Below, piece by piece: positions 12,299-24,933 of a DNA stretch of 64,000 bases (position 1 is the stretch's first letter; every line of letters begins with the position of its first letter). A model generated the notes under the pieces. That model searched no databases. It was not told the origin of the DNA and was given only the letters and a program-made list of their open reading frames with translations. This DNA is from Tubulanus polymorphus (lineage: Eukaryota > Animalia > Nemertea). The stretch spans positions 7,512,862 through 7,576,861 of the forward strand of contig NC_134034.1 of assembly GCF_964204645.1 (NCBI RefSeq), given 5' to 3'. Both the position numbers and the translations under genes were made by a program.

Positions 12299-12760
12299 AT
12301 ATTCTAATTTCAATTTATTCTCTAAATGTGTTTTAGTTTTATTGTGTCTTGATTTTTGGGATTTATCTATATTGATATTACATGTTGAACAGTAGTACTA
12401 ATTTGCTTCCATTTTAATACTAAATTTTTTATTAAAATTGATTTTAGAAGTTATTCATTTATATTTTATTCATATATATGAATATTTTAAGAGTAATAGG
12501 GAATATCTTGTTTCATATCAAAGGTCGAAAGGGCTAGTGAGTAAAAAATGAAAAATATGAAAATAATAATAATTTCTATTTGAATTAGGAGTGAAACTCA
12601 TATAAAATGAAAAATAAATTCGAGTGTGCGAGAATTATTTTTCATTTTATATGAGTTTCGCTACTAATTCAAATAGAAATTGTTATTATTTTCATATTTT
12701 TCATTTTTTATGAGCTCGACCTTTCGACCTTTGGTATGAAACAAGATATTCCCTATTACT
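12299..12760. repeat. Terminal inverted repeat of copy A, including the 269-bp palindrome 12492-12760
   Basis: Near-identical to 39678-40139 and to the reverse complement of 20318-20676 plus 22916-23019. Confidence 0.92.
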
Positions 12761-13874
12761 CTGGTGAGTCCACTAGACCAGCCGTTGAGAGTCGAGACTG
12801 GCCAGTTTTCGCTAACCGTCAGGGCAGTATGCGGCACTGTCTTTTTGAAGCCATAGTCTGGGGTCCTTCCCTGAAAATTTGTTCAATTTATTCTGAGGGC
12901 TTTTTGGCTATCTTTCTTTTCTGACATCTTTCATGAAAAGGGCTAATGGCTGAATCTGAATAACTTTCATAATCGGAGAATCCAATTTAAGATCATTCTT
13001 ATCAATTATCATGGCCAGTTTTAAAACTGTTTATTGACAAAACTACAGGAACCACATAAATAATAAATCTTCAGCAAAACACAACAGCTCTTACATTTGT
13101 AAAGATGAGAGATCCATGGAAATATCAAGTAACATTTTTTTAGACAGGGAATTAGCGGAACACCGGAACGTTGCTTGTATGGTGCGTTTGCACCCGTCGC
13201 AAAAAACGTCGTGATAAACGAAATCAGCTGGACTAGGGCCAGGAGCTGAGAGTGATACAATGGAACTCCATTCTGATATTTAATGAATAATTCATTCACT
13301 AAATTTATGTTATCTTTAGTATTTTTAATTCATGTCCATGTTTCAATTCATTCGTTGAAATCATAGTACACTAAACAGATTCCGCGTGTGTCGGACTTTT
13401 TTTTAAACTCTTTGGTAATCGGCATTCGTAATATACATACATCTATCATTCTTCATCGAAAACCCTAGATCGAACGCGAAGTTTAAACCCTTGACTAGCG
13501 CGATTCTTAGCACCACCAATTTGAAGGGGCCATGGCTAACTCTTTTTGAGGGATTTTTGTACACTCAAAAATGGATTTTGGAATTTGAGGCGTTTTTGGT
13601 GGATTTAGGGGCTGTAGCCCCGTATTTGGAGCCAACTCGAATCACCGGACCATCGGTGTCTCACACTAAGAGTGGCCCACTGACCGTAGCGAGAGGCCGG
13701 TCCCCGGTAGCGGTTGATCGAATATTTTTCGTTTCAAATGAAACGTTTTTCGCATATCGATATTCATAGTTAATGTATACGCCACTGCCTGCGCTCGTGT
13801 CGTAGTATACGCCGATGTTGAAAAATATACACTGCGGTGGCGCTAGCGGGTGGACACCCGTACTATAAAACAAG

Positions 13875-13948
13875 TCGTATCTCGTATGTCATATGTCGTA
13901 TCTCGTATGTTGCATCTCATATCTCGTATGTTATATCTCATATCTCGT
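13875..13948. repeat. Short tandem repeat (7/21-bp, TCGTATC/TCGTATG)
   Basis: Visible reiteration of atctcgtatgt. Confidence 0.7.
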
Positions 13949-13949
13949 C

Positions 13950-14832
13950 TGAGGTCTTCCATAGAATATCGGTTCTATGAACACCTGTTTCGAAGCTATC
14001 CCAAAAACTGCTCCACTCCAAAAACGTTACCAGAAAATTTCGGAAGTTGTAAAACTGGTAGTTTAATTGGCAAAGTTCTGGGATTTGTTGAACTGAACGA
14101 GGGCTGTAAACTTTCACCTTTACCATTTGTATACTGCAAAACTTTGCATTTAGTTTCAGCGACGGAACGTGCATAGTCGTCGTGTGTCATGAATTCTTTC
14201 TCAATTTCATCGTCTCCGGCGAGGAGTGATACAATTTCGTAGTGGCACGATGTTAATTCTGATAATTTTTCGTCGACATATTTTGAATGATCAATGAGTG
14301 CCTGGTAATCGGTCGTGCAGGCAGATATCAAAGCGTTAATGTCATTCACGTACCTTGTTATGACCGAACGTAACCCACGACGAGTTCCAGTAAATCTCAT
14401 CAAATCCTCCATGATTCTTTTCTTAGGCTCCGAGGGACCAATTTTATGTCAGGAAGACATAAATAATAATACAATATAATTCGTGGCGGGAAAATATTCC
14501 CGACACTAACATATCGGGATCCCTGTGGTTTCTATCACTCAGCCTTACGAGTAATTGAGGTCTACGACTACTGCATTCAAGAGTGAATAATATACCATCA
14601 ACTGGACATTCATTAAAGGATATAAAATTCAAATTTTTATAATTTTACAAAATCCTTTCTTGAATTTTTGAAGTTTTGAAGTTCTTAATATACTAAAGTC
14701 AAGTAGAAGTATGGTAAAATAGAAGGTACCGGTACCATGTACGGCGGTAGTAACACAGACTACTCTGTACTGCGCATAACTATCAAAATCAATCAGGCTG
14801 AGGGTCTATGACATTTCAGACGTAGTCTAACA
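13950..14832 (-). mobile_element. BEL/Pao LTR retrotransposon 5' fragment: LTR (14447-14832), PBS and gag N-terminus
   Basis: Minus strand reads TGTTAG...CTGACA, then TGGTCCCTCGGAGCC (tRNA-Tyr-type PBS). ORF 13996-14412 ends IKLPVLQLPKFSGN, a BEL gag/DUF1759 start. Confidence 0.75.
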
Positions 14833-14849
14833 CCTATTTTATTTATTGA

Positions 14850-17281
14850 ATTATCTGACTTCATTTTTATTTTATTAGAACTATTACTTTTTAAAAATTT
14901 AATATCAAATCCAGCATCACTACCTAATTGGACTCGAGCTCTTCTATTAATTTCTTGCGCTAATGTTTCTAAATTATATAATCCTATAATCCTGGTGTTA
15001 GAATAAGACTAACCCATTTTTGTACTTTTAATATAAACTGCAGAGACTCCATGTTCAATAGTTTTATTCGATATATTGTAAAATGAGTTACATAAACTTA
15101 TATATACTAATTTTAAATCTACACAATTTTCAAATTCTCTATCTAATTGTACTAGTAAATTATGTGATTTATAATTTGTAACTTTTCTGGAATCAACAAA
15201 TATTCTATATTTTTTAATTCAACCATTATCTTTAACACAAAAAATTACCTCGAACAACTAAAAAATAATTTTAATAAACTTTTCCCTTAATAAATAGAAG
15301 AGAAGATACCATGCGAAATTTGTGGTAAATTGCAAGCTAAAAGTCACATAGCTAGACATATGAATAAACATGGTGAAAATTATAAACCCAACAAAATAAA
15401 CTGCCCAAATTGTAATACAACATTCTCTAGAAATTATTTCAAAAAACATTCAGAGAAGTGTAAAAACAACGACTTAATAGTTAATGTTGATAGTAACGAA
15501 AGTAATAATAACTCTGTTGAAGTTGAACCTGAAATTATTTGGAAAAAAACCTTTCTTTTTCTATTATCAGAATAATATAAAAGATCATTTCTGTGAGCAT
15601 TGTCGAATAAAATATTGAAACATAAATTTGAAAAAGAATTTGATGAAAGAAAAAAATAATCTATTAGAAAAAATAAAATAAGAGAAAACGTTACCAGATA
15701 ATAAAGAAACACTTGAAAAGTTCGAAAAACAATATAATGAATTAGCAAGAAAAACATATTATTGTAAATATTGTACCTTGATTATTACAACAAGTAATTC
15801 AAATCTACATAATAAAACATAAAGAAAACGTAGGAAAATACCAAGAACTTAACGAACATCTATCACCAAGATTTGATAGAAAAAATGCCCACAATGTATT
15901 TATGAGTACTTAAGACAAGAAGATTCTGTGGTATTTTGTAATGAATGTGGATGGCAAATGAATTTATGGGGTGACGAAAAAATTAAAGATTTTCTCATAC
16001 AGCCAAAATTAAAATATCTAGATGAAATTTTTAAAATATTTTCTATAGAAGATCATACACCAGAATATAAGCAATGGCTTGAAAAAATGAAAATGATAGA
16101 AAATAAAAATGGTAAAATAACTATGAAATATATAATAAAAAGAATTATTCCGTCAACATGTAACACAAAAGAAAAGAAAATGTATTTATATTTATTATTT
16201 AACGATTATCATAAAAAACCTAAATTAACAGAAGAAGATATGGAAAATATAAAAGAAATATATCAAAATATCATGCGGTTAATAAAATAACAGATTCAAT
16301 TAATTATGAATTCTTTTTGAATAAGATTGTAAATTTTTTAAACATCGATATAATAATTCCATTTGATGAATTAACTAACAAAAAGAAACAAAAAGAGAGC
16401 GAGATGAAATGTGGTACAATATAGACCTTTATTTAAATGAGAAAAATGAAATGGAAGAACCTTAACAATTCAATGAAAATGAAGAAGCCAATAGTGATTT
16501 CGAATATGATGATATTGATTTTATGTTTTAATAACCATAAGGTAATGTTTTTATTCCATCATCCAAAATATATCTTTTATTGTCGAATGGATTTAAGCTA
16601 GTTTTTTCAACTTCATTAATGTACATCTCGTGATCTTCTGATCTTAAATAATTCATTTTATGTTTCATTACTATTGTGTTATATAAATACTTTATATGAT
16701 CTTGAAATTCTATATGTTTATCAACCACATGCTTTGTTATTCCTTTTAACTTTTTTGCTTCGCGATCTTTTGTTCTGTGACTATACATTTTACTTCTTAT
16801 CCCAACAAATTCAATCATTTCATCACCTCCTAATTCATCTTTAAATTTACCAGGAATTTTCTTATTTTCATTGCTAAATAATTCACGATCTTTTGGATAA
16901 TTGCTTAAGTCAAAATGATGTTTTAATGTTTTTAAGTCTTTTGTTATGTCATTAGTCTTGATTTTTAGTATGTAACTGTCGGTATTTTTCTTGGATTAAT
17001 GGATTTGGATTAATAATTTAGATTATTTTTTAATAATTCTTGTTTTAAACTTTTGATTCTTTTTTAATAATTCTTGTTTTAAACTTTATATTTTCAGGAT
17101 AATCTAAATCAACTACAAAGCAATAACGAATTGGAGCATCATCTTCTAAACTCATAATTGCGCTTTCCCAAATAGTTTTATCATCATTTTCAACCTCTGT
17201 TAATATATAATTTTTATATGGTTGGGGTTGCATCATTGCCCAACCATATAAATTATTGGCGTCAATATATGATAATTTATA
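14850..17281 (-). mobile_element. Degenerate, divergent Polinton relic (copy C): minor-capsid fragment, zinc-finger gene, pPolB C-terminal fragments
   Basis: 14900-15226 is homologous to 35050-35362. 16528-16818 (IEFVGIRSKMYS, PFDNKRYILDDGI) and 17045-17281 (YIDANNLYGWAM) are pPolB. Confidence 0.85.
15294..16290 (+). pseudogene. Decayed zinc-finger protein gene(s) inside copy C
   Basis: CEICGK..SHIARHMNKH, CPNCNTTF..KHSEKC, FCNECGW; broken by stops and frameshifts. Confidence 0.5.
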
Positions 17282-17790
17282 AAGGCACTGTCGAGCCGTA
17301 AACATCGGAAATTTGGCTCCGTTCAATTAGTAGCCATGTTGTGTTTTCTTTCCGACATTTCTCTCTTCTTTTTGAGGAAGAGCTATCGAATCATTTCCTC
17401 TCTTCTCCACAATCAATTTCAAAGTCAATTTTATGAATTCATCGCAGAAAAGTATCAGGTGATTATCGATAGCCTACTACGGAAAACACAGTTGACAAAC
17501 AGTGTTAGGCCTGTGCCGGTTGGTGCGTACTGGGACTAAATATACTGTTTGGTCAGTTGGTTCGGTTGTGAAGTGTGGAATCTAAGGAAGCCTACCGGGG
17601 TATGCCTGCAGTTTAGGTGGCTCAGAGGAGCATGTTTATTAGGTAAAATCATGGAAATGGAGAATGTTGATTTTGTGACACATAAATAAAGTCTCATTGT
17701 CATTGAATTGAATTTAGCTTATTAGCGCCACAAAATCGTGTACATAGACTAGTAAGTGTAACTCTGCCTGATACCTTACTGTGTTATAGT

Positions 17791-17973
17791 AGACTTTGAT
17801 TTTAGTGTAGACATCGTGGACAGCGTCAGCGTGAATAGGTGTATGTAATGGGGCTAAAGTAGACTTTGATATTAGTGTAGACATCGTGGACAGCGTCAGC
17901 GTGAATGGGTGTATGTACGGGGCTATAGTACACTTTGATTTTAGTGTAGACATCGTGGACAGCGTCAGCGTGA
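17791..17973. repeat. ~70-bp tandem repeat, about 2.6 copies
   Basis: ACTTTGAT.TTAGTGTAGACATCGTGGACAGCGTCAGCGTGA at ~17792, 17863 and 17932. Confidence 0.85.
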
Positions 17974-18365
17974 TCGAACGGTCAGTGTACTGTACTGGGT
18001 TATAGAAGACCGCTTCTGTCATCTTCGACTCACTGACCATTTGTCGATAACCCACTAATTTTTTACAGCAGGATCGTGTGTTGTAGAACCCTTACTGTGG
18101 TCAAAGTTGTAGGTCGAAGGATATTCCGTGTAAGGTATAGAATAAACCAGTTGTAACATAACATTCGAACTTCCCCTTCCGTACTGTACTTTGTAATTTA
18201 TGTAAGAACACTTATCGAAATTTCGTTGCATGATTTCAGTTCCGAATGTCATCAGGGGATTAACAGTTATAGAAACCACTGTCAAAGAATGGACAAGTTG
18301 CCTTTTAACAATCAAGTGCACATATTTATTTTGAAGTAAAAATTAGAAAATAGCTATATACATCG

Positions 18366-20317
18366 TTATCTTTTCTTTTTAGAAGCTCCTCCAACGGCAG
18401 CGCTCGCTTTCTGGCGTTTCTGCCTGTGCCGGGTTCCACAGCTGGATGAAGGTTGTGGTTCGACGGTTTGGGTCGGTTGCGGGTCCTGGGTTTCCTTCCG
18501 TTCTTCCAGAGGTTGTTTAACATCCTGCGTAACTTCATTTCCGTACAAATCGGCTAATAAATGCGCATGCGGATGGTGCGCTGTAGCGATTTGTTTTAGT
18601 GATTGCTCAGTATTTCCGAAGTTGTTGAAACGTTCTCTGTACCGATCGTGGTTAAAGTTTGTATTTAATACAGCGGCGTGGGTAGCATCGAAACTGTCGG
18701 GGTGTGGCTTGTAGAATACCTCGCGAAATGTTCGGCCGCGTTTTAACCTTACCCACTTCCCAAAGCACATCTGTTCACACATGATCGACAATTTGACTGC
18801 AATGAGAAAGGTATTTAACATGAATATTAACAGAATCTATTCTGAATTGATTAGCATGGTGTATGAAAACATTTGCTTACTTTTAAGTGTGAGCGCTGTA
18901 CTACCTCGAATTCTCTTCTGTATAGCTCTTACAGGTATAATCGGGCCGTCACTTTCCAAAATGACATTAACCACCTTCTGTTGGTATGTAAAAACACGAG
19001 GTGCATTGATGGTGGCCTTGGAAAGGGAAGATACTGCCTGAAAGTAAATGAAACTGTTAGTTTAGCAACTTAAAAAATCACTGACAACAAAAAGGTGCAT
19101 ACATATTTGTGTGAGTATATACCTCTGTGAACACTGCCTTTTGCTTTATAGACCCGTGCAGTAATGACGTTGCAACGCTCCACATCTGTTCATTAATGAC
19201 TAGTGGAATGTCAACTCCAGTTTGTGCCGAACAAAACACATGAAGCACTGCTGCAAGTTTAACCACGTGCATCGGGTCTTTCGTGGACATCAGCGATGCC
19301 TCCATTTTCGGAGTTTCCGTTTCAGTATCTACACCGTCTGAAATAATGTAACGTAACACGTTAGATTGCCTGCAAATTGTATCAATAAATAACGTGAACT
19401 GTCATTAAAGAAAGAATTGTACTTACCGTCTGATGAGTCGAATGCATATTTAGCAGCCATATATGCAGCAAAGTTGTTTTTGAGGGTAGTGTACATTGTC
19501 GATGCTGCTGCATCGAGGGTGTAAACCCTCGGCCGGCTGTGTGTATTGTATATCATATCGTATATATCATTAATAACATCAGCTTTATAAAGAGCAGCGT
19601 TTTCGTTGTTTATTTCGGCCGCAAAATATTTTGGCTTGCACACTATGCAAATCAACCGGTCATAAAAACAATCTGCCGTTCCTTGAATCTGCACCAATTC
19701 AGTCAGATAAGTGTCTGGTTGAGTTATGATGTGCATGGAGATTTGTCAAATCCACGTTGTCCTGATGATAGATTAACGGTATCTCCTTCGCCCCCTCCCC
19801 ATAGTTTACAAAGTAGAGCTTGCTCAGACTCCCCTTTGCTTTGTTTTTGGTTGATTGCTTTAAGGATTCGTCCTCCTTCGTCTGATGTAGTAAAGCCATA
19901 ACCGCCGGAACGCTGTTGGTGACTGTGAATACCTGTATTAAGAAAATATATACACATCATAAATGAATACAAGATCCATCGAATCGTTCGATACTGTGCG
20001 AACATGCTGCATTCACCAATTTACCTGCTGTAGAGTACGTCTCGATTTGCAGACTCGTGTTTCACAGCTTGAAAAGTATTAAATGCCGGTTTCATTAACT
20101 TGTCGAAGGCAATACTTTTGCCCGCCCCCGATGCTGCAACTGTTGTCATATATATATTCGGTGACGTCGACAGGTGTGGTCCAACTTCAATCGTTGTATT
20201 GGGCCCCATTAATGCAGCTGTGGCGGATATAATTACCGACAAACTTAATGCCTTGCTGACGTTAAAAGCCCGTTCGAAAACTTCTAGAAAGTGCAGAGTT
20301 TCATCCGGCAGAGTGTC
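18366..20317 (-). pseudogene. Intron-containing DUF3987/YfjI-like P-loop NTPase gene (3' part; first 28 codons at 40140-40223)
   Basis: PNIYMTTVAASGAGKS (Walker A), TSDE (Walker B-like), LLCKLWGG, TQP, FYDRL, KLAAVLHV. GT/AG boundaries at ~20024, 19933, 19422, 19371 and 19121. Small frameshifts. Confidence 0.65.
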
Positions 20318-20586
20318 AGTAATAGGGAATATCTTGTTTCATACCAAAGGTCGAAAGGTCGAGCTCATAAAAAATGAAAAATATGAAAATAATAACAATT
20401 TCTATTTGAATTAGTAGCGAAACTCATATAAAATGAAAAATAATTCTCGCACACTCGAATTTATTTTTCATTTTATATGAGTTTCACTCCTAATTCAAAT
20501 AGAAATTATTATTATTTTCATATTTTTCATTTTTTACTCACTAGCCCTTTCAACCTTTGATATGAAACAAGATATTCCCTATTACT
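20318..20586. repeat. 269-bp imperfect terminal palindrome, left end of copy B
   Basis: Starts AGTAATAGGGAATATCTTGTTTCATA and ends TATGAAACAAGATATTCCCTATTACT; ~130-bp arms around a TCG-CACACT-CGA centre. Confidence 0.95.
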
Positions 20587-20676
20587 CTTAAAATATTCAT
20601 ATATATGAATAAAATATAAATGAATAACTTCTAAAATCAATTTTAATAAAAATTTTAGTATTAAAATGGAAGCAAA

Positions 20677-22913
20677 CAAGAGCCCCAAGGGGCACAATGG
20701 CCAGCCTGTCAGATTTGCTTTTTATAAATGATGTAATCTGTGGGTTATATTTATCAATATACACTCCCTGCTCAATATCATTTACATAGTAAAATCGTGT
20801 GTTAACACAGACAGCAGGAACGAATGTAATATAGAAATACTAAGTTATTGTATTGTTCAACGCCCCCTGGTGGCCATAAAAAAAACCAATGAGCTTGAAA
20901 CTCACCTCGATATCATAGAACATGTCATGAGCTACAACTTTCCAATTGATTATAGTAGCAAAATATGCTTAAGTATCAATTATGATGTGGAAAAACTTTT
21001 TTTCCACCTACGAATTAGTACTGATGACCCCAAGATGGCTGCCAAGTGCGTCATAATTGCCTGGTCAAAAATACCCTCTCGGATTTAAAAGATCCCTTTC
21101 CAAAGAATACCCATTACAAATTTCAATGAAACATGGCGCACCATTAGAAAGCTACAGTACTCAGAATTCAGGCCAAAATTGACATTTTTGGGAACAAAAA
21201 AGGTCACAGTACGGCCATCTCGAGTCCGATCGACTCAATTTTTCTCATGCCGATGGGCCCTCGGGGGATACAAATATATACGAATGATCAAGGTTATTGA
21301 TAAAAGTGTCTTCAAAATTTCCCTCGAAAACTTCAAAAATTTGTAAAAAGTGCTGATTTTGGCGAACAACAATGGCTGCCAGTCGGCCATCTTGAATCTG
21401 ACAGGGCCAGTTTTTGGCCTGAAGATGTGTCTAGGGTAGATACACGTATAAAACAAATATCAAGACATTACCTTGAAGCGTCTTCAAAACTTTGGAACTC
21501 TCACGAACTATCTAGATGGTTATCTCTCGACCTCAATAGCTTCAAGACCCATCTCAAAACAACTTTGTTCCATGCAGCATACCATTAACTCTCGGAAAGC
21601 GAATTGTATTTAACATTTTTTGGCAGAATAAAATTTGATTGAATTTGCAATTCGGGCACATGGCTAATTAGCATATCAAGGTCATACACCCGATTTGGTA
21701 AAACCTTTTTTTCGCGAACCTTGCGCAATTGTCAAGGATGAATTTTCTGTAGAGCAAATAAAAATTCCTCCCAAACACCAAATCAACTAAAGACTTCATA
21801 GAAATCGATCTTGAAATACAATTTTAAATCTTAAAATAAAACCCGGAAGTAAAACAGTAGACGATACCGCGGATTCACGTGAACACCTGATTTCTGTAAA
21901 CGAAATGTTGGTTGTGACAAAATTGTTCAGACGGTTTTAGGTGGTAATAAGTACGGAAACGTAACGACCATGGTCGACTTATTCGATGAACTCAGGCCTA
22001 TGTGATATCCAAATTTTGACTTTTTTATTCTCCAGACCTCCCTGATATAGAAATAAAAAATTTTGGTGGTACGAAAGTGCAATCACAGCGCCGACGGGGA
22101 CAGAGCCGTGTCAGAGATCGGCGGAGTGAAAATTGAGGTGGACGAACACGAAGAAGTAGGCTATTGCGCTACTTGAATCACGAAAACTCCTGGCGCGGCC
22201 CCGACGCTTTTCGTTGATTAAGTAATACAAATATCATGCAATGGGTTTTCACAATCTACCGCTGGTATTTACCGGATTTCAATATCACTCCAAAATTCAA
22301 AGAAACCTCGAAATATCGAACCGGAACACTTCCGGTAGATATCCGCGGCTGCCCAACCGGGAAACTTATTTGTTTCAATAGATATTGATAGGATCCATCA
22401 TTTTCACCCGTCAAGGGATTCGAACCCACTAAGCTAAAGCCATGCCAGAATCGGGTCGGGCCAATCACAGCGCTTGTAACAAACCACATTAGGCTTCTGT
22501 GGAATTTCCCAGTAAATGGGCCAATCAGCGAACACGTAGCGAACGCGGAAGTATTGTCGCGTGTTGATACATGACGTCATGCGCAAAAGCGCCAGTAATG
22601 AAATCGCGATAATTCACGTGAACAGCTGCTGATATTTTCGGATAAACCAATCACAGGGAAGACACAACTTCCTGATTGGCTGATAAAAATTGAAATTTTC
22701 CCGATTTAACTTTCGTGAAAAATGCAGAAAACATTTTTATGAGACCCTATTTCAAAATTCTGCTCGCTACGATTCCGAGAATGGATTACGCTTAAATACG
22801 TGATTTGTTCGAATATGCCCTCACTTGGCAAGCAAAAGAGCCTTTTGTGTGGAAACCATGTCATTTAAATTCGCTCCATTTGTATAGTAATAGGCTCAGC
22901 CTACGGCTGGCCT
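20677..22913 (-). mobile_element. Helentron-associated (HINE/DINE-1-like) non-autonomous element inserted in the left TIR
   Basis: Interrupts ATG GAA GCA AA|T AAG TAC at an AA/TT site. Hairpin AGGCTCAGCCTACGGCTGGCCT at one end; subTIR GGCCAGCC and stem-loop GCCCCAAGGGGC at the other. Internal repeats shared with 59865-60600. Confidence 0.7.
21493..21635 (+). mobile_element. 3' end fragment of a CR1/L2-type LINE
   Basis: Reads WNS...LNSFKTHLKTTLFHAAYH* followed by AATAAA. Confidence 0.5.
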
Positions 22914-23367
22914 AATAAGTACTACTGTCCAACATGTAATATCAATATAGATAAATCCCAAAAAAGCAAGACACAATAAAACTAAAACACATTTAGAGAA
23001 TAAATTGAAACTAGAATATTTACAGTTATATTCAGAACAGTTAACAAAGGCAAAGAAATTTATTGATCAATGGAACAATGATCCAAATAATGAACAATAC
23101 GTTGAGGAATTTGATATCAAGGATATGATTTAGATATTTCATGTCGGTTGTTTCTATTTACAAAATTATATATAATTATGATTAGCGCATGCGCATTAAG
23201 CAAAACCGCGCACGAATGCGCGGTTTTGCCCAGTGGTATTATTTAGATATAAAGGAATCGAAACAATTTATCAAAAGCAGCGAGGAATGAAAAAGGATGA
23301 CGTTGGTTGAAGAAATGGAAGAGGATTCTAAAATATTAACCAATTTAGTAAAAAATACGTATAATAA

Positions 23368-24025
23368 ATGGAATCAGAACAACCACAAATTATCAATATT
23401 ACAAATAACACTGGTGTTATAAATATATATTACAAGAAGTGTTCTAAATGTGAATTAGATAAATTAGCTTTAACAGAATTTAGTAAGCGTAAGATTAGCA
23501 AAGATGGTTTTCAATATTGCTGTAAAACTATATACCAAACAATACCGAGAAGATAATAGAGAAGCTTACAATGATTATATGACAGAATATATGAGAGTAA
23601 GATATCAAACAGATCTTAATTTTAGATTGAAACAATGTTTAAGATCTAGATTAACACAATTATTCAACAAAGAAACGCATTCAGAAACACTATCTAATCT
23701 ATTGGGTTGTACAGATGAATTCTTAAAATCATGGATTATATATCAATTCGATGATAAAATGAATATAGATAATTATGGTGAATACTTTCATATTGATCAC
23801 GTGTTGCCGATTTCTAAATTTGACATGAATGATGAATACAATAAAAAACTTATTTGGAATTGGAAGAATCTAAGACCTTTAGAAAAGAAGGAAAACATAA
23901 TTAAATCCAATAAACTAGATTTACAGTTATATTTAGATCAACTGGATAAAGCAAAGACATTTGTTGAATTATGGAATAGTATTTCACAGAATCAACCGCA
24001 TTCTGAGGTTTTGATCAGTGGTTAG
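23368..24025 (+). pseudogene. HNH-type endonuclease (copy B; one frameshift near 23525)
   Basis: Same motifs as 10979-11620; HIDHVLP...NLRPL..EN..K. Confidence 0.78.
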
Positions 24026-24375
24026 AAAGCTGGCAATTCTATTTGAGCTTTGTATGTATATAATACATAGCTTTTGCTTACTACTAAAACATATATATTG
24101 CCAAATATATCATGTTTTCAATTCTAAAGAATTAATTAACTTCATCATAAAGAACATCTGTGCAGAAGTAATTAGTTTGGTCGAACATGCGCCACGTCGG
24201 CAGTTAGAAATCAACTTTCACATACATAGAACGTATTGGATATTCTCTCTCAAAACACAGTTTACAGTTCTAAATCTAAATGTAAGTACCTTTTTTTGTA
24301 GTTATTATGAATTAGGGAAACCTTTAAACATATTTAAGTACAGTAATTCATTTTCACGATATCTTTTAGATTAAA

Positions 24376-24840
24376 ATGGAATACAGAGCAACCAGAAATT
24401 CCAAGCCAACCAACGGATGAGGAACCAGAAACGACGGATAGTGAAACTCAGGAATCAATAGAAATGGAGGATAGAACTCTCGTAATTGACGAACAAACTT
24501 CACAAAATTACAAGAACATTTGGATTATCATCAAGAAATGGTGAAAATTCTGAGTGATGTAATACATAATAAACAATTACCGCGCGAACTACAATTACCA
24601 AAATTACCAGCAACGCGACTTAAATTGCTGTTGGGACTCAAAGAATCGAAAACTAAGAAAATGAGTGGAGATATCAGTGCCGGTTTTGAAAGAAAACTGA
24701 GAAGAGTAGGTAGATTAATAAAATATGAAAAATTCAAAATATTAGGATTAGCATTTAGTGAAGTAGTTAGATATTTACCAGAAATTGAAGAAATGATTGG
24801 AAACAATCCAGTAATTAAAGAATTCTGGACAAAATTATAA
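24376..24840 (+). pseudogene. Hypothetical protein specific to copy B (acidic N-terminus, frameshifted)
   Basis: TAAAATG start, EQPEIPSQPTDEEPETTDSE, then ORF 24520-24840. Confidence 0.45.
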
Positions 24841-24933
24841 ATTATAACACTCTGTCTTTGTAATATAGATATCAAAAAATGTAATCTCGATTGTATATAT
24901 CTGTTTAAATATTGTATTGTTTACTGTTAACAG

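Larger units (their letters stand above)
1..12760 (-). mobile_element. Polinton/Maverick-like element, copy A (partial; PolB end lies outside the window), inverted relative to copy B
   Basis: Carries integrase, ATPase, capsid and HNH genes co-linear with 20318-33100 in reverse. Ends in ...CCCTATTACT at 12760, the same terminus as copy B. Confidence 0.93.

Noticed and set aside
12761-12766. CTGGTG as the TSD of copy A
   Set aside because: The other end is outside the window, so it cannot be verified.
12761-13870. Short ORFs between copy A and the BEL fragment
   Set aside because: No recognisable motifs; left unannotated.
17282-17330. Kolobok- or Merlin-type left TIR matching GGAGCC at ~46176
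   Set aside because: Only a 6-bp match (GGCTCC) and no convincing TSD.
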